From Catajapyx aquilonaris (Eukaryota), in contig JYFJ02000986.1 in the NCBI GenBank assembly GCA_000934665.2, positions 62,001 to 97,186 on the forward strand: 35,186 bases of DNA. The letters run 5' to 3'. This document shows, piece after piece, positions 1 to 12,108 of the stretch. Positions within the stretch are counted from its first letter, which is position 1, and every line of letters begins with the position of its first letter. A model generated the notes under the pieces. It searched no databases, was not told the DNA's origin, and saw only the letters and a list, made by a program, of their open reading frames with translations. The position numbers and the translations under genes were made by a program.

Positions 1-440
1 CCTTCATCCCGTGAAGAGTGTGGGTCGTCTCTGGCTTCGTTTCTGGGTGGAATATCCAATAGACAAATCCACCCGGGGGAGTTCACAAAATGACCTTGTA
101 CAGTACTGGCCAATAATCGAGGCAACGACTAGCGACATTTTACCGAAGCGGCAGAAGAAGGAATCGAAGATAAGCATGCTAGAAGCCGGGCGAGCAAGAT
201 TCCTTCTTCTGCCGCTTCGAGAAAATGTCGCTAGTCGTTGCCTCGATTATTGGCCAGTACTGTACCGCATTGCACTGCACTTTGCACATCCCCTCCTGTC
301 ATCCCCTATCGCTCGCGGTACCCGGGCGTTATGGAAAAGGACCAAAAATGTAGCTGTACACCTAAAAGCGAAATAAAGGTATCGTGCCAGATGCCCTCAA
401 TGGGCGGCGCACTAACCCCAATTGTTATTATTATTATTAA
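1..440 (+). mobile_element. tRNA-derived SINE family A, body and tail (head lies before the window), interrupted by a MITE
   Basis: Colinear with the full copy at 16932-17288 (ccttcatc..., ctctggcttcgt, ccacccgggggagttcac, ttgcacatcccctcctgtcatcc, cccgggcgtta, aaataaaggt); ends in (TTA)n at about 425-439. Confidence 0.8.
101..262. mobile_element. Tc1/mariner-type MITE inserted in the SINE
   Basis: About 65-bp near-perfect TIRs (cagtactggccaataatcgaggcaacgactagcgacatttt...); TA on both sides (99-100, 263-264); absent from the SINE copy at 16932. Confidence 0.9.
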
Positions 441-538
441 ACTAGCGCACCCGTAGCCAAAATTTGGCAATACCTGCAATGAGGAAGACAATGGTAATGA
501 AAAAATTGAATGAGAGGGCTCGCTACGGGTGCGCTAGT
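441..538. repeat. 98-bp mini-element with 17-bp perfect inverted ends (ACTAG...CTAGT)
   Basis: actagcgcacccgtagc (441-457) is the reverse complement of gctacgggtgcgctagt (522-538). Confidence 0.65.
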
Positions 539-555
539 GTGGATATAGTTTCGAT

Positions 556-620
556 GGGTTCTCTCCGTGTTCGCGTGGGTTTTCTCGGGGGTTCTCCCGT
601 TTCCTCTCACAATCAAAATC
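556..620 (+). mobile_element. Fragment resembling the conserved V-domain of V-SINEs
   Basis: gttctctccgtgttcgcgtgggttttctcgggggttctcccgtttcctctcaca resembles the V-SINE central motif as I recall it (GTTCTCCCCGTG..GCGTGGGTTT.CTCCGGG...TCCGGTTTCCTCCCACA); not aligned. Confidence 0.6.
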
Positions 621-1200
621 CATCACAGCAAAGGCAATGATTAAAGTCGGTCAATTAAAAGATGATCCCCTAAAAAGCTCAAGGAGGCTTATCACGGGGT
701 ATCCATTATCTCCACTGTCATCTGTTGTGGCCCCGCCAGGCAGTTCGTCTCCCTGCAGGATATCTTTAGGTAATGCGGAGAGAAAGCGGAGCTGGGCGAT
801 TACGTGGGTTTCGTATCCGCAACATTTACAGTACTGTCCGTCTTGTGGCGGCGGAGGCCAACGGACGTTATTGTGGCTTTGCCAACCTCCAATCCCCTGC
901 TGATCCCACCGCTGATATCTTGTTTGCTTGCTCCGGGAGGTTCATGCTACGCCGCCAAATAAGTCGCAATGGTTTACTCTTAGCCAAGCTATCCGCTGAA
1001 AATGATAATAAGTTGCTAGATCCGGATCCAAGATGGCGGCATAGTTAGAAAGTGGGGCTGAAAGTAGCAGCGTATATGACAGCTTTCTGAATATTCTGAG
1101 GCTCAGATTGAATCAGTTGGCAGACCTGTATTGGCGGGAAATGAAAGAGGTGGCGGTTAGGACTTTTGGCGGGAAGGGAAAGTGGCGGCCTGATGAATTA

Positions 1201-1288
1201 GTGCCGTACTGACCAAAAGGTAGCAACACTCCCTTGGCCGCCGCCAAAGGCCGCCAAGGGAGTGCTGCCACCTTTTTCGTCACGGCAC
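1201..1288. mobile_element. Short hairpin MITE, TA-flanked
   Basis: gtgccgt..gaccaaaaggtagcaacactcccttggc / gccaagggagtgctgccacctttttcgtcacggcac; TA at 1199-1200 and 1289-1290. Confidence 0.7.
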
Positions 1289-1342
1289 TACTTCTTCAGG
1301 CTGCAACATCTGGCGTTCCAGACAAGGCTATTATTATGGGGA

Positions 1343-1440
1343 TATAGGTACGAAAGGGAAGCGCTACACTGGGCGACCCAACATGGTCGCCGGCGGCCAT
1401 GTTGGGTCGCCCAATGTAGCGCTTCCCTTTCGTACCTATA
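1343..1440. repeat. 98-bp near-perfect palindrome (hairpin MITE)
   Basis: tataggtacgaaagggaagcgctacactgggcgacccaacatgg...ccatgttgggtcgcccaatgtagcgcttccctttcgtacctata, with almost no loop. Confidence 0.85.
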
Positions 1441-1974
1441 AAGTTCAGAGTAGTCCGGTAGGGTCGCCACATAATAGCTCCGTGAAAGGTCTCATGACGC
1501 TCTCAGGTGACCACCTCATGCAAAACGCTCCGGCTGGCGGTAAGTGGGAGTGTCCAGACCTTAGTATTCTAAGACCATGCTCTCGACAGATCCATCTGTA
1601 CCATGGGATGATTATTTTCTTCAGTACATAATATAAAATTACATTAGGGTGTGTCAGGAACACAAGCCGCAGCTTTTGACGTGAATACGTCTTTAAAATC
1701 GGATCAGAATTGTGGGGAGTGAATTGATTGCTTATTATCAGTATGCCTATTGAAGTCTGGACACATGCATGGTAATCCTAAAGTCTGGACACATGCATGG
1801 TGACCCTAAAGAGTCTCGACCGTCGGTCTCGACACTCATGGTGACCCTTCTAAGAATTTCCCTGCATGCCCCCCTGCATGCCCCCGCCATGGGCCCCATG
1901 GCAGGGTACTGACTATAACACTCACACGCCACTTCGGATATAGTAGACTCGGATATATAGTAAACTCGGTTATA

Positions 1975-2398
1975 CAGGGTGTATCTGAACTCAGTGCCCC
2001 GACGTATATGACTGCCTTCCTAGCCACCAGAGGATCGATTTAAGTATAGGAATCATTATGTCTGGCCGCCGCATTACGGAGATAATTGGCCGCAAACATG
2101 TAGTACAAAATATCCTGTCGGTTAGGCCACCCATCGAACCCTCCCTCAGTCAGAAGGCTCTGGAAGGTCTGGGGGCGGGACTTTGTTGGTTTGTTGCCCA
2201 CAGGTGGTAAGGCCTCTTTGGCTAGTTACACCAGAAAATTCTATTTAAAAGTCAGAAGGAGCGATTAGGCAAAAATCGCTGAAGAGTGTATCTCCGTAAT
2301 GCGGGGGCCAAACATAATGATTCCTATACTTAAATCGATCCTCTGGTGGCTAGGAAGGCAGTCATATACGTCGGGGCACTGAGTTCAGATACACCCTG
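1975..2398. mobile_element. Tc1/mariner-type MITE (CAGGGTG termini)
   Basis: About 110-bp TIRs cagggtgtatctgaactcagtgccccgacg...cgtcggggcactgagttcagatacaccctg; TA TSD; inserted in a short 17-bp tandem repeat (tagtagactcggatata). Confidence 0.92.
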
Positions 2399-3049
2399 TA
2401 TAGTAGACTCGGTTATAATAGACTGTAACGCTTTTCTGTAACGCTCGAGTTTGGATCCATGCCTCCCCTCTATACGGACCCGTTTTAAAGACGCACTCAT
2501 GTCAAAAAGCAGAGAGTTTGTCCATATGTTTGTATGTCAGTGCTAACTATAACCCACTTCCACACCTCTGAGAGTACTGAAACTTGGCACACTTATGTCG
2601 TACATATGCCACTGATTGAGGAAAAAGTCCTATAATCCGGAAATAAAGAGAGTTATGAACAAAATATATCCACAGTTTAATGGCCATACTGCAGTGTTGA
2701 TCTGTCTGTTGCATCGTTACATGTTGCCAAGATGCATAAACAGCGTATGGTGGCCAAACTTGGGCCGCTGTCCCTCTAGTGGGGTGTGATTGAAATGGAA
2801 GATCTGGCCGCCAGAGGCGCAGCTGTGCTATCAGGGCCTAAATCTGAGCGCATGCAATGGCTGATATAGGCAGAATGTGCGTTTGGGGCTCTGGTTGTGG
2901 TCACATCACATTCGGACTTGCCTGACCCAGTCGGACAACTGAACCCCACTGGGAGATACGGGATAAAATAGCCTGTATTTTAGTGTAATTCCTCTTTCTC
3001 TACACGCGTTAGTAGATTTGCAATTATTGTAAGAAAATTTATACGAGTA

Positions 3050-3418
3050 CATTGCACTCCGGATAATCTGTGATAATGAATGCACGGGTGTTTCCAGATA
3101 TTCGGAAAACACTGATAATCCAAAAACGGCCCTAGACACCGTAAAAATGAGCTACAGTATGCAGAGGTTTTTAATGAACATTACTACTATACATACCAGT
3201 ACTACGTACGCTGCATTAAATCGGGTTTGATTAAAAAAGCTACGGTACATTAGATCATTAGAGGTTTAGTTGGACTTCTGTAAAAAGTCTGTTATATTAA
3301 TTTATACGAGATATGTTGGCATATTATAATTTTGGACTTTTAAATTTCTAATTTTTTGCGATGCAGTACGGATAATCCGCAACACGTATATACCGTGTAC
3401 ATAATAGGAAGTCCAGTG
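3050..3418. mobile_element. Degenerate pogo/Tigger-like MITE related to 3490-3927
   Basis: Shares ggataatc motifs, taaaaatgagcta, agtctgttatatt and cggataatccgca with the neighbouring copy; TA-flanked degenerate ends. Confidence 0.55.
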
Positions 3419-3489
3419 TATAAAATAATGCTGATTTTTAAATTTTATTTTGCCATTTCCTATTCTTCACTCTTGTACTTACATTCATA

Positions 3490-3927
3490 CTGTACTCCCG
3501 ATTATCCGGGCTAATATGACTGCACTGGTTTTGCGGGATAATCGGAAAATGGTCCTAAAATGAGCTATTTACAGGTTATTAATGTAGTGTACTACTGTGC
3601 AAGGTTATTGGGCACCAGGTTGAATCAAAATAATGAAACTTAACATAGATTTTTTACTTTGTCTTCTAGAAACAGTCTGTTATATTTTTCTTTGGCGAGA
3701 CATATTGACAGTGGGTGGAATTTTCGTCCCACTGCTAGATATAGTCTACTGATAACTTAGCAGTACCATAGTTGGCACTGGTACTATTGCTAAGTTAGCA
3801 GTATCAGCTCTTCATCGCAGAATCTATCAGTGTGACGAAAATTCGACCCATTTTTTCGGGCTTTAATTTTAAATTTAATTTTTTGGCCATGCACGGATAA
3901 TCCGCACCCGGATAATCGAGAGTACAG
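3490..3927. mobile_element. pogo/Tigger-like MITE
   Basis: TIRs ctgtactcccgattatccggg / cccggataatcgagagtacag, TA TSD. Confidence 0.8.
3712..3850. mobile_element. Small MITE nested in the pogo-like MITE
   Basis: tgggtggaattttcgtcccactgctagat / atctatcagtgtgacgaaaattcgaccca inverted repeat; absent from the sister copy at 3050-3418. Confidence 0.7.
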
Positions 3928-4242
3928 TACAGTGTATTTGTGTGTCAGGAGTGTATAATATCGAAGCAGGCTGTCTAATGTCTAATTTTGATTTTAGATG
4001 CCGTGTCTAGTAATGAAATTACAGTCCTAATGTTACTGAATATGATGGCTCAATAGAGTGATTTGTGCATCAAAATATGTTGGACAGTGCCTGTCTGTTA
4101 AATTCTGGTCCAGCCTGGTCGCATGTTTTCCTCATCACACTCTGGCAAACTCTACTACTGTTAGAAATCACATATACAGTACAATTTCAGCACGTACACG
4201 CATTTCGCGACCCTAGCAACAATTTATTGCTCATGCCCCTAG

Positions 4243-4676
4243 TGTTGAAATACGTGGGGAATGGTAGCCAGTACCTAACAGAACATCGAGCCACCTATAT
4301 TTGCAACAGAAATGCTTCTAAATAACCCGGGAGTTGAAAGTAGTCCTTGCAGAACATCATTTTCCTATGCTACTCCATAAAAGAGCGGGAAATGTCGGCC
4401 CCGACCAGGGCCACCTCCCGACGCCCGGTGGCGCCGCCAGTGCCTGGACCGACTTCAGCATTCTACCGTATCGAGGGAGTTTGGTCACTACACTGTGTTT
4501 ATCCATCTTGCATGTTGCATAGCGATGTGTTGACAACAATATGAAGGTTGTACGTAGTAATGAATGTAAAGAAAATGGCCTGAGGTAGAAGTACAAGAGA
4601 ATAAAGGAGGCAGTTTTCCTCACTCCTCATATTCCAGTAGAACCAGCCCATACACGTTGGGGCTGAGAATACAACA
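4243..4676 (+). mobile_element. Candidate solo LTR
   Basis: TGTTG...CAACA ends, flanks ctag/ctgg (4-bp TSD with one mismatch), TATA-like cataaaag near 4376 and AATAAA near 4600. Confidence 0.45.
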
Positions 4677-4864
4677 CTGGCAAGAACACTGGCCAACCTG
4701 TCAGACCCGCCAGCAGCAAACCGGTGCGGTGCTTCGCCAGGATCTAAACTCCTGCCACGACAATCGCAGAAGAAAATGGTGTCGTGCAGTTGTACTTCCT
4801 GCAGTATTTAATCAGTATCGCTTACTGCGATTCGTACCAGGCCACGCTCACTCCCTCCTTTTTT

Positions 4865-5078
4865 TGTGAACTTAGCTGCATGATCTCCCCCACCAAGGGG
4901 GCTTTGACACAGTGGCGCTAGGATCACGCACCAAGATGAGTGGCGCCTTACCTAGCGGGCAATTCTGAACCATTTCACTCGACTCCGATTGGCTGAAGTA
5001 GTACACAGGAGGACTGTATCGAGACTAACGCCGCCCGTGGCAAACCCCCCTTGGTGGGGGAGAAGAGCTAAGCTCACA
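4865..5078. mobile_element. Unclassified MITE
   Basis: tgtgaacttagct...ctcccccaccaaggggg / cccccttggtgggggag...agctaagctcaca inverted ends. Confidence 0.7.
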
Positions 5079-6796
5079 TGGGGAGCAATGTATAAGGTAT
5101 ACGAGTGACTGGGGGCTGATCCGTACTTACGAACGGGCTCGCAAGGCTCCCCTCCCCATAAGAATATTTCATTATCCCTCCGCTTTCAATCACTTAGAAC
5201 TGCGTACGTTAGAATGGGTTCCGCTGCTGGTTATTACTATAATATTATCCTTCAAATATGAGATATGAATTATTCTTTACTGAATAGTACCATAATAAAT
5301 AATATGCAGTAATAATTAAGAGTTAAGTAAAAAGACTTTAATGCTCTGAATGTTTTTGCTTTTTATAAAAGTTTATTTTTCGCTTATTAAAGTTTTAAAA
5401 GTGCAAAGTGTAGTCTTTCATTTCAAACACACATACCAAAATATCCCAACTGCCTAATCTTGTCAAAGCCAAAGATATTTTTATTTTCTCACAAATTTAG
5501 CAATATATTTGTAAATAGTGTTCTTTGACTGAAAGAGCCGAGTAAGTTGCCTTCAAAAATGTTGACGTCTGAAATCACCAATTGATTACCTGCTAACACT
5601 GACAGAAAGTATCAAAAGAGGGCCGAAATAGTCGCCTGGCACAGTAGTTGCTTAATATTTTTGGTCATCAAATTCTGTCGCCTGCAGGTGAAGACTATTG
5701 ATTCCTCTCGTCTGGAAATATTTGACAATTTACTGTGAAAAATATGTGCTTCGTAACTTAGTTTGTTGGATCGTTTCATACGGAGTCAATGTTGAAGAAG
5801 AAAGTAAGGAAATAATTCTTCGTTAATGCAGCTGGCATGCGCTTCATATTGCTCGATATTTTATAATACGGTACGGCTGCATACCTGCAAAGCACACCAC
5901 CTCATTTCGGGGCTTCCCCAACGAAGAAACGCTGTCTGCCAAATTCCTCATCTCCGTAATTCAGCATTTGACAACCCCCTTTTTTTCTTCAACACTTGAG
6001 AATTCGTGAATATTTCATTCCGGAAAGGCGAATCCGCTTGAAATTATAATCCGCCGTAACACACGCCTCCCGAACAGTGTCTATAGGCCCATAGAGCCTT
6101 TCGGCCTTAATCTGGGCTCCGATCTCCTATATCCTTCTCTTTCGTCCTTTTAGTCCTTCAGGATGAGGGAAGGTAGTGGTTCGGAGGGGGAATGGAAGAG
6201 GGAGCTGGTTGGCTGGTTGGTTGGTTGGGCATAATCATCTTTTTGCTGAGCCGGGTTTTTGATATGGGCTCCAATCCTTCTCCCGGTAATCGAATCGCCT
6301 TCTTTGAATATATGGGAAGCACTTCTCGTATTCTCCCTTCAAATTGGCGCCTACAAAAAAACGAGAAGAATTTTGGAAAATACGGCAGTAAAAGTGTAAA
6401 GCCAGCGGACCAACTCAAGACACTTCTTATTTTAATGCTATTTGTCCACTAAGTTGGGGGCTGCACTTGCGCATACTTCCCTGCAAAAGAAGCGTGCAGA
6501 AAAATGGGTTTTTGAGTATGGCAGGGTTTTTGCGCTGACACGAAGAAAATCTGTCCCCGGCGCAGAGACTAGATAATGAAAAGTCAAGCCCCGGGGATTC
6601 AGACTTTATCTGGCCAATCTGCCGCCCGGATTAGTCCGATGGCGCCAGGCCTGCAAGATTTAAATGCCTTTTCTTCCCTTCTACCTTATTCTTGGCCCTC
6701 GTCTACTGAATGATCGCGTCTAACTGCTGCGCTATCGTCTTTCCTGCAGGGGGTGAATATGGTGCATGGATTATCATATTGTTTAGTAATAATACT

Positions 6797-6800
<4 letters not shown>

Positions 6801-6869
<69 letters not shown>
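6801..6869. repeat. (AAT)23 microsatellite
   Basis: Perfect trinucleotide run of 69 bp. Confidence 0.98.
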
Positions 6870-6870
<1 letters not shown>

Positions 6871-7222
6871 TGCAATTCTGGCATTTTACACTTTCAAAAC
6901 ACATTTCTCTTGCGAAATGCAGTAACTTTTCAACAGAAGAGTAGCAAGGTTGCTCTTGTACAAGTAGTAACGCACTTGAAATAAAATCCCTCTATTCTGT
7001 ACCAATAGACAAAAATAATAGAGTAGCAGTACAAATGGATGAGCATTTGCGGGAAAACCAGTTTTGCTATACACTGGTTGTTGTCTACCTACTAGGCAGA
7101 TAATTTTACAATGTTCGGATGTAGGCCATAATATTATTTCGGTGACAGATGTGAACCGTAAATCATAATTTAAGTTACAAGTGATACGTAATTATGAAGG
7201 GTATTCAATTCAATTTAACGGC

Positions 7223-7420
7223 TTTATTTATTTAAGTTGGTCGGCCTGCAGCAACGGCGACCTTGCCGACCAAATACAAATATCCCCATCATAATCTCAA
7301 ATGATCCCAAAAATTACATCTCAACACATTTCAAAACACATCAAAATATCATAAAAAACATCATACAATATTATTATCAAAAAAAATCCTCAACACATCT
7401 CAACACTTCTACACAATCAT
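7223..7420 (-). mobile_element. Probable 3' end of a LINE (stem-loop plus TAAA tail)
   Basis: On the minus strand a T/G-rich tract is followed by a 9-bp stem (ttggtcggc/gccgaccaa, 7237-7273) and (TAAA)n. Confidence 0.45.
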
Positions 7421-8384
7421 TTCGATCATTTAATTATGATGGGTATTTTTACCCCCTTTCTCGTGAACATATCGGATTTTTTTGTGGTTTTAAAAGACGC
7501 TCACAAAAATTTGCCCAAATTGTGAAATGCTTCAATTAAGTCATTTAACAAATTTTTTTGTTTGGACCAGCGTCCTATACTATATAGGACGGTTAGGGTA
7601 AAAAATATTTCTCGCAAGTTGTGCATAATATTATAAATCACAGAATAAGCAAGCTGAACCACTTCATGAAAGTCTAATCTAGTGGGAGAATGCAGATACA
7701 TAACATTTCAGTGATTGCATCAGCCCAAATTACAAGTTCAATTTGGGGAAAAATGCCCATTTCAGAACTGGCGCGATTGAGTAACTATATCCTTGAATTA
7801 TAAATACTTCGACAGCTTTGAAAAATAAATACAGTGTATGACTGTTGCAAGAAAGGTTGTGGGAAGCTACCATACAATATTTGCATGGTTGGCCTTTATG
7901 AGTGGCGAATGGCAGCAAGGGAAACAATGGTGTCCTACAATCCACTAATACTTACTTTGACAGCCAAAGTAACTGATTAAACTATGTAGATTAGTGCCAA
8001 CAACAGCCACAGCAATCGGAGAAAAATTTTAGATCACCCTGTGTAGCCAGGTGTTACACAGTGCAACTTGGGACCATACTTTCCAAGATGAAAAAGAGAA
8101 TGGCCTTCGAAATTTATGATACTCGATATAATGGGCTGAAATTGGGATTGGCGCATCATCGGTCTGTCCACGCCTGGCACGCTCGATCATGATGCGATCA
8201 TTCGCGTTTCTGATTCCAAACGGTGTGTTGGTCCACTCTGGTGTTTGAAGTTGTACCTTAGACATCTGAAGGCTGTTCCTAGGTAGGCCCATTCAATGAA
8301 TATTAAAGGTGTAAAATTTTAAAATTTAATCATCGCACGTCTGATCTTACTATTGTATATTGGAGTGCAGCTTTTGAAAATATA

Positions 8385-8447
8385 GTACGTATAAAGAACT
8401 CTAATTAGAAAAAACAGCAGAATGAGATATTCTCTGGAAATACAGTA
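8385..8447 (+). repeat. 63-bp segment duplicated in inverted orientation at 14251-14313
   Basis: gtacgtataaagaactctaattagaaaaaacagcagaatgagatattctctggaaatacagta is the exact reverse complement of 14251-14313. Confidence 0.92.
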
Positions 8448-8529
8448 CCGGTACATCACTAATAAATATATTGTTCGGGTCTAAACACTTACCTATACTA
8501 CTATGTTACCTATACTACTATGTTACTGA

Positions 8530-9012
8530 GCATGTGACCGATGGAATGCCACACATGTTTTTCTGAGTGCATTTTCGAGAACAACAAATTCCATAGGCGC
8601 ATGCTACTCGCGATTCTCTTTCATTTGATGTGTATGTTGATTGGGTTGCGACCACTTCCAATAACCGAAAGAAATTGCCCAAAAAGGCCCCATTTTCAAA
8701 ATTTCTTGGTCCCCCCCCCCCNACGGTATTTCGCAATTTGGCTGAAACTCGATGTGCAGTGTTACGGCATAGGTGTGTACAGCTGTGATTATTTTCAGAA
8801 AAGTCCGAGTTGGTCTAGCAACATTTAGCCCCACTTGATTGGGAAAAACTGCTATATTTGAGGATTTTGGTTTTTTGACTGCCCCGAGGACAAAAACAAA
8901 TCAAATACAAAAAATAATGAATGCTCATTATGAGTTACGAATGACCTAAGAAACACGAATATGACGATGAATGGTCAATGACTAAAAAAAAGTCAAATTT
9001 TGTTGCATAGTG
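8530..9012. mobile_element. Right portion of a Chapaev/CMC-like non-autonomous element (left boundary approximate)
   Basis: Ends aattttgttgcatagtg (rc CACTATGCAACAAAATT); the same end type occurs at 24456 and 26381. Confidence 0.45.
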
Positions 9013-9646
9013 AAATCAGACAGCTAAAATCAGAGCCCTTAAGGTAGGTTAGGTCACACCACCAAACTCCGTGCAGTAAAATCATAGCAGAGTAATATTA
9101 TTTTATCGCTTCTTCCCACCCCTCTACCACTAACCCCTGGCGATGAATCAAGTTTAAGGAAAATGCTAATTCAAGTTTACCTTAGTCACGTGCTGCTCGT
9201 AGTAGCCTACTGTACTTAGCTAGAATGAACGAACGAGTATACGACCCCATCTGGCCTAACTTTTTGACATATACTACTGCTCTGCTCTATGTGGCTGCAG
9301 GTGTGATCTCCCCATCTCCAAAATATTTTAAAACTGACGTCTTATAATGCCAAGATGGTATCTGTCTGTTCGTCTGTCGTTGGACAGGTATCAGGGCCTA
9401 AACAGCAAGAGATACCGACAAACGATTTTCAGATTCGGATTCAGCGGACCCTACATAGGTTTCATGGCCAACTTCCGGTGACCGACCACTTTCGATTTTC
9501 CGGGTTCACTCTATCTGCCAAGGTCAAGTCTACAGGGCGGTGTCCTTGGGTTCCTTGGAACGAGAAATGAAACTGACAACATCTATATTATTGTTGTCCA
9601 ATTTGAATCGCATCTTGTACAGTTGTACATACTCAAGGGTGGTTTA

Positions 9647-10259
9647 AGGTGGGTTTACATGTGAGCGAAATGATCAGCGAAATGCATCGCGGCGATGCAT
9701 TTCGACCGTGAATTGTAGCGGTTCTGACGTCATGACTCAAGCGATAGCGCTTAAGCATCGCCCGTGTGTTTACATGCCCGCGACGTGCATCGCCATGGCA
9801 TGCCAACAGCATCGCCACAGCATGCCAACAGCATCGCCCGCGCAAAGGACTATCGGAAGGAGACAAAAGACGATCGGGTTGTTTATGGCTCGAATTTTGG
9901 AATCGCGAAGAGACTCCCTCGGCCTGTATCGCGAATATACTCGGCTTCTGTGGTTTTGGTGGAACAAGGGACGCCCTTGGGAGTGGTGGTGAGTAGGCTT
10001 CTTCCCTCCTGACGCCATGTTGGAAATCGAACGAAAACAGGCGGGTGCCTTTCTGTCACCACACGCCGTCACAGTACAGCCACCCGAATACGCCACAAGT
10101 GAGCGGCGATGTCGTCGCCATCTCCTTGAGCGATGTCATCGCCGAGGTCCTCCCTTCTTAAACGCGATTGCTACTTTCGGCCCAAATCACTGCTTTCGTT
10201 AGGATTTCATCGCTGGCGATGCAAATCGCTGATCATTTCGCTCACATGTAAACCCAGCT
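9647..10259. mobile_element. PIF/Harbinger-like MITE
   Basis: TIRs aggtgggtttacatgtgagcgaaatgatcagcga / tcgctgatcatttcgctcacatgtaaacccagct; TTA TSD (9644-9646, 10260-10262). Confidence 0.88.
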
Positions 10260-10867
10260 TTATGTAGAGATCCATATAGATTCACGCCTATTTGAATCAC
10301 GTTCGCGCGATTTGCCAATCTTGTTGTAAACTTCATATAAAACGATTCGAATCTTTACGATTGGCGGACAAGGACATGTAAAACAGTATACTCAGAGAGC
10401 TTGTGACTTTGCAGACAGCCTTGATAATAATCCACTGGTTTTACAGGTTGGTTGTGGCTTATGTTTTCAGAAATGAAGGTGTCCATGACGCGTTGCACAG
10501 TGGTTTAATTGATGTCACGATTTGGAAAAAAATGTATTTTCCAGCCAGAGTTTTCTGGGTACCATTCCAGCATAAATGTAATGTTACATCGGTTTGATCC
10601 CATCCAAAACACACACATGCTCTCTCACATGCAAACGTATAGCTACAGGCTGACTGAGGTCTGCATCAAAATTTTCGCTACAACCCTGTGTGCAATATGT
10701 ACAGTACAGTAGGCCTAAACTACCCATCTCTCCAGAATCTATTTTGAGAAAAATTAAAATATGTTATCTCTCATAATGACAGGAATCGATTGGATGGGAC
10801 TTATACAAAGGCAGTGATATGCCACTCTAACGCTCCTTCCATTGAACTTAAAACGAACTGTTAATAT

Positions 10868-11396
10868 TGTGACGTTGCTCTGTCCAGGTGTTCCTAAACA
10901 CCTCCTTACCTTGACAGAACCAGGGGCGCTCACAGGTTCACACTTACTTGGCCGAGCCTGAGAAGGGTTACCAGGGCTATCCAATTGACTAGACTTGCTT
11001 CCACTACTAATTACATTTATTTACACTTCCATATAATACACTTATACTCAATCTCTCATGTTGTGTTGGGTTGCCTTCGGCTGGTCCTCCTCTGCACGAC
11101 CTCGTATCAGCCTCAGGTCTTCTCTGCATCTCGTCTGGTCTTCAACTCTCTGCTCTCTCGTTCTGCCTTTCACTCTCTCTGTGTCCTCTTCTTTTATTTG
11201 CTCGATCCCCTCCTCATAAATTCCCCCCAGCTTGTGCTCTTGTGAAACCCGGCGGTCATGTACATAACATCCTGGGTCGGGCCCGGTGACTCCTATTCCA
11301 GGAATATTTAACGGACCATTGCTTCCACGCCCAACCGTAGAGGGCTCCCCGAGCTTTCTTATAATTATCCTACACTCCTGCCTACAAAAAGAGGTG
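10868..11396 (-). mobile_element. Possible truncated LTR
   Basis: Minus strand shows TATA-like aaataaaag, a purine-rich tract, AATAAA and a ...gtcaca end followed by atat; the other end is cut by the foldback and no TSD was found. Confidence 0.35.
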
Positions 11397-11861
11397 AGAT
11401 CCCACCAAAAACATTTCTGTAAAAAAAGGCCAAGTTCTCCTGACTGCTTGGCCGTCAAAAGTGGTGAGATCTGAAATACGGCCAAGTTCAACGCCGTAGT
11501 CAATTACTGGCATTCTCAAATTCTTCAACCTGAACCACTAACTTTGTTTTTCCAGGTCGACCTTAAGTTTAATAATCAAAAAATTTTAATGGAATTTCTC
11601 TTGCTGTAACTTGGCCATTGCTCTTAAAACATTGAAACAGTAGAATTCAACAGCAAGAGAAATTCCATTAAAATGTTTTGATGATTAAACTTAAGGTCGA
11701 CCTGGAAAAACAAAGTTAGTGGTTCAGGTTGAAGAATTTGAGAATGCCAGTAATTGACTTACGACGTTGAACTTGGCCGTATTTCAGATCTCACCACTTT
11801 TGACGGCCAAGCAGTCAGGAGAATTTGGCCTTTTTTTACAGAAATGTTTTTGGTGGGATCT
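11397..11861. repeat. 465-bp foldback: arms 11397-11607 and 11650-11861, about 42-bp loop
   Basis: Arms are reverse complements with only a few mismatches; no TSD evident. Confidence 0.92.
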
Positions 11862-11873
11862 GGTTTTCTCCAG

Positions 11874-12108
11874 TGGCCTCCAAGGTCTCCCGACCTCACC
11901 CTGTGTGACTTTTCCTCTGGGGGTATATAAAGAACCAGGTCTTTGTACCACGGCTACCTACCAGCCTGTGTGAGTTGAAACGCAGGATTGTTGCTGCTGT
12001 GGAATCAATCACACCAGACATGCTGGCCAGGGTGTGGAGAGAATTATTGGACTATCATGTCGTGTGACGAAAGGTGCTCATATTGAGCAGATGTGGTGTG
12101 TGCAATAG
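11874..12108 (+). pseudogene. Frameshifted C-terminal remnant of a Tc1/mariner (rosa/maT-like) transposase; right TIR ends ...gacaccctg TA at 12202
   Basis: Manual translation across frameshifts: WPPRSPDLTLCDF / LWGYIKNQVFVPRLPTSLCELKRRIVAAVESITPDMLARVWREL / CRVTKGAHIEQM. Confidence 0.9.

Noticed and set aside
6686..6984. Poly-N, poly-I and poly-L ORFs
   Set aside because: These are translations of the (AAT)23 microsatellite.
11048..11503. 151-aa minus-strand ORF
   Set aside because: It spans a foldback arm and an LTR-like purine tract; no protein motifs.
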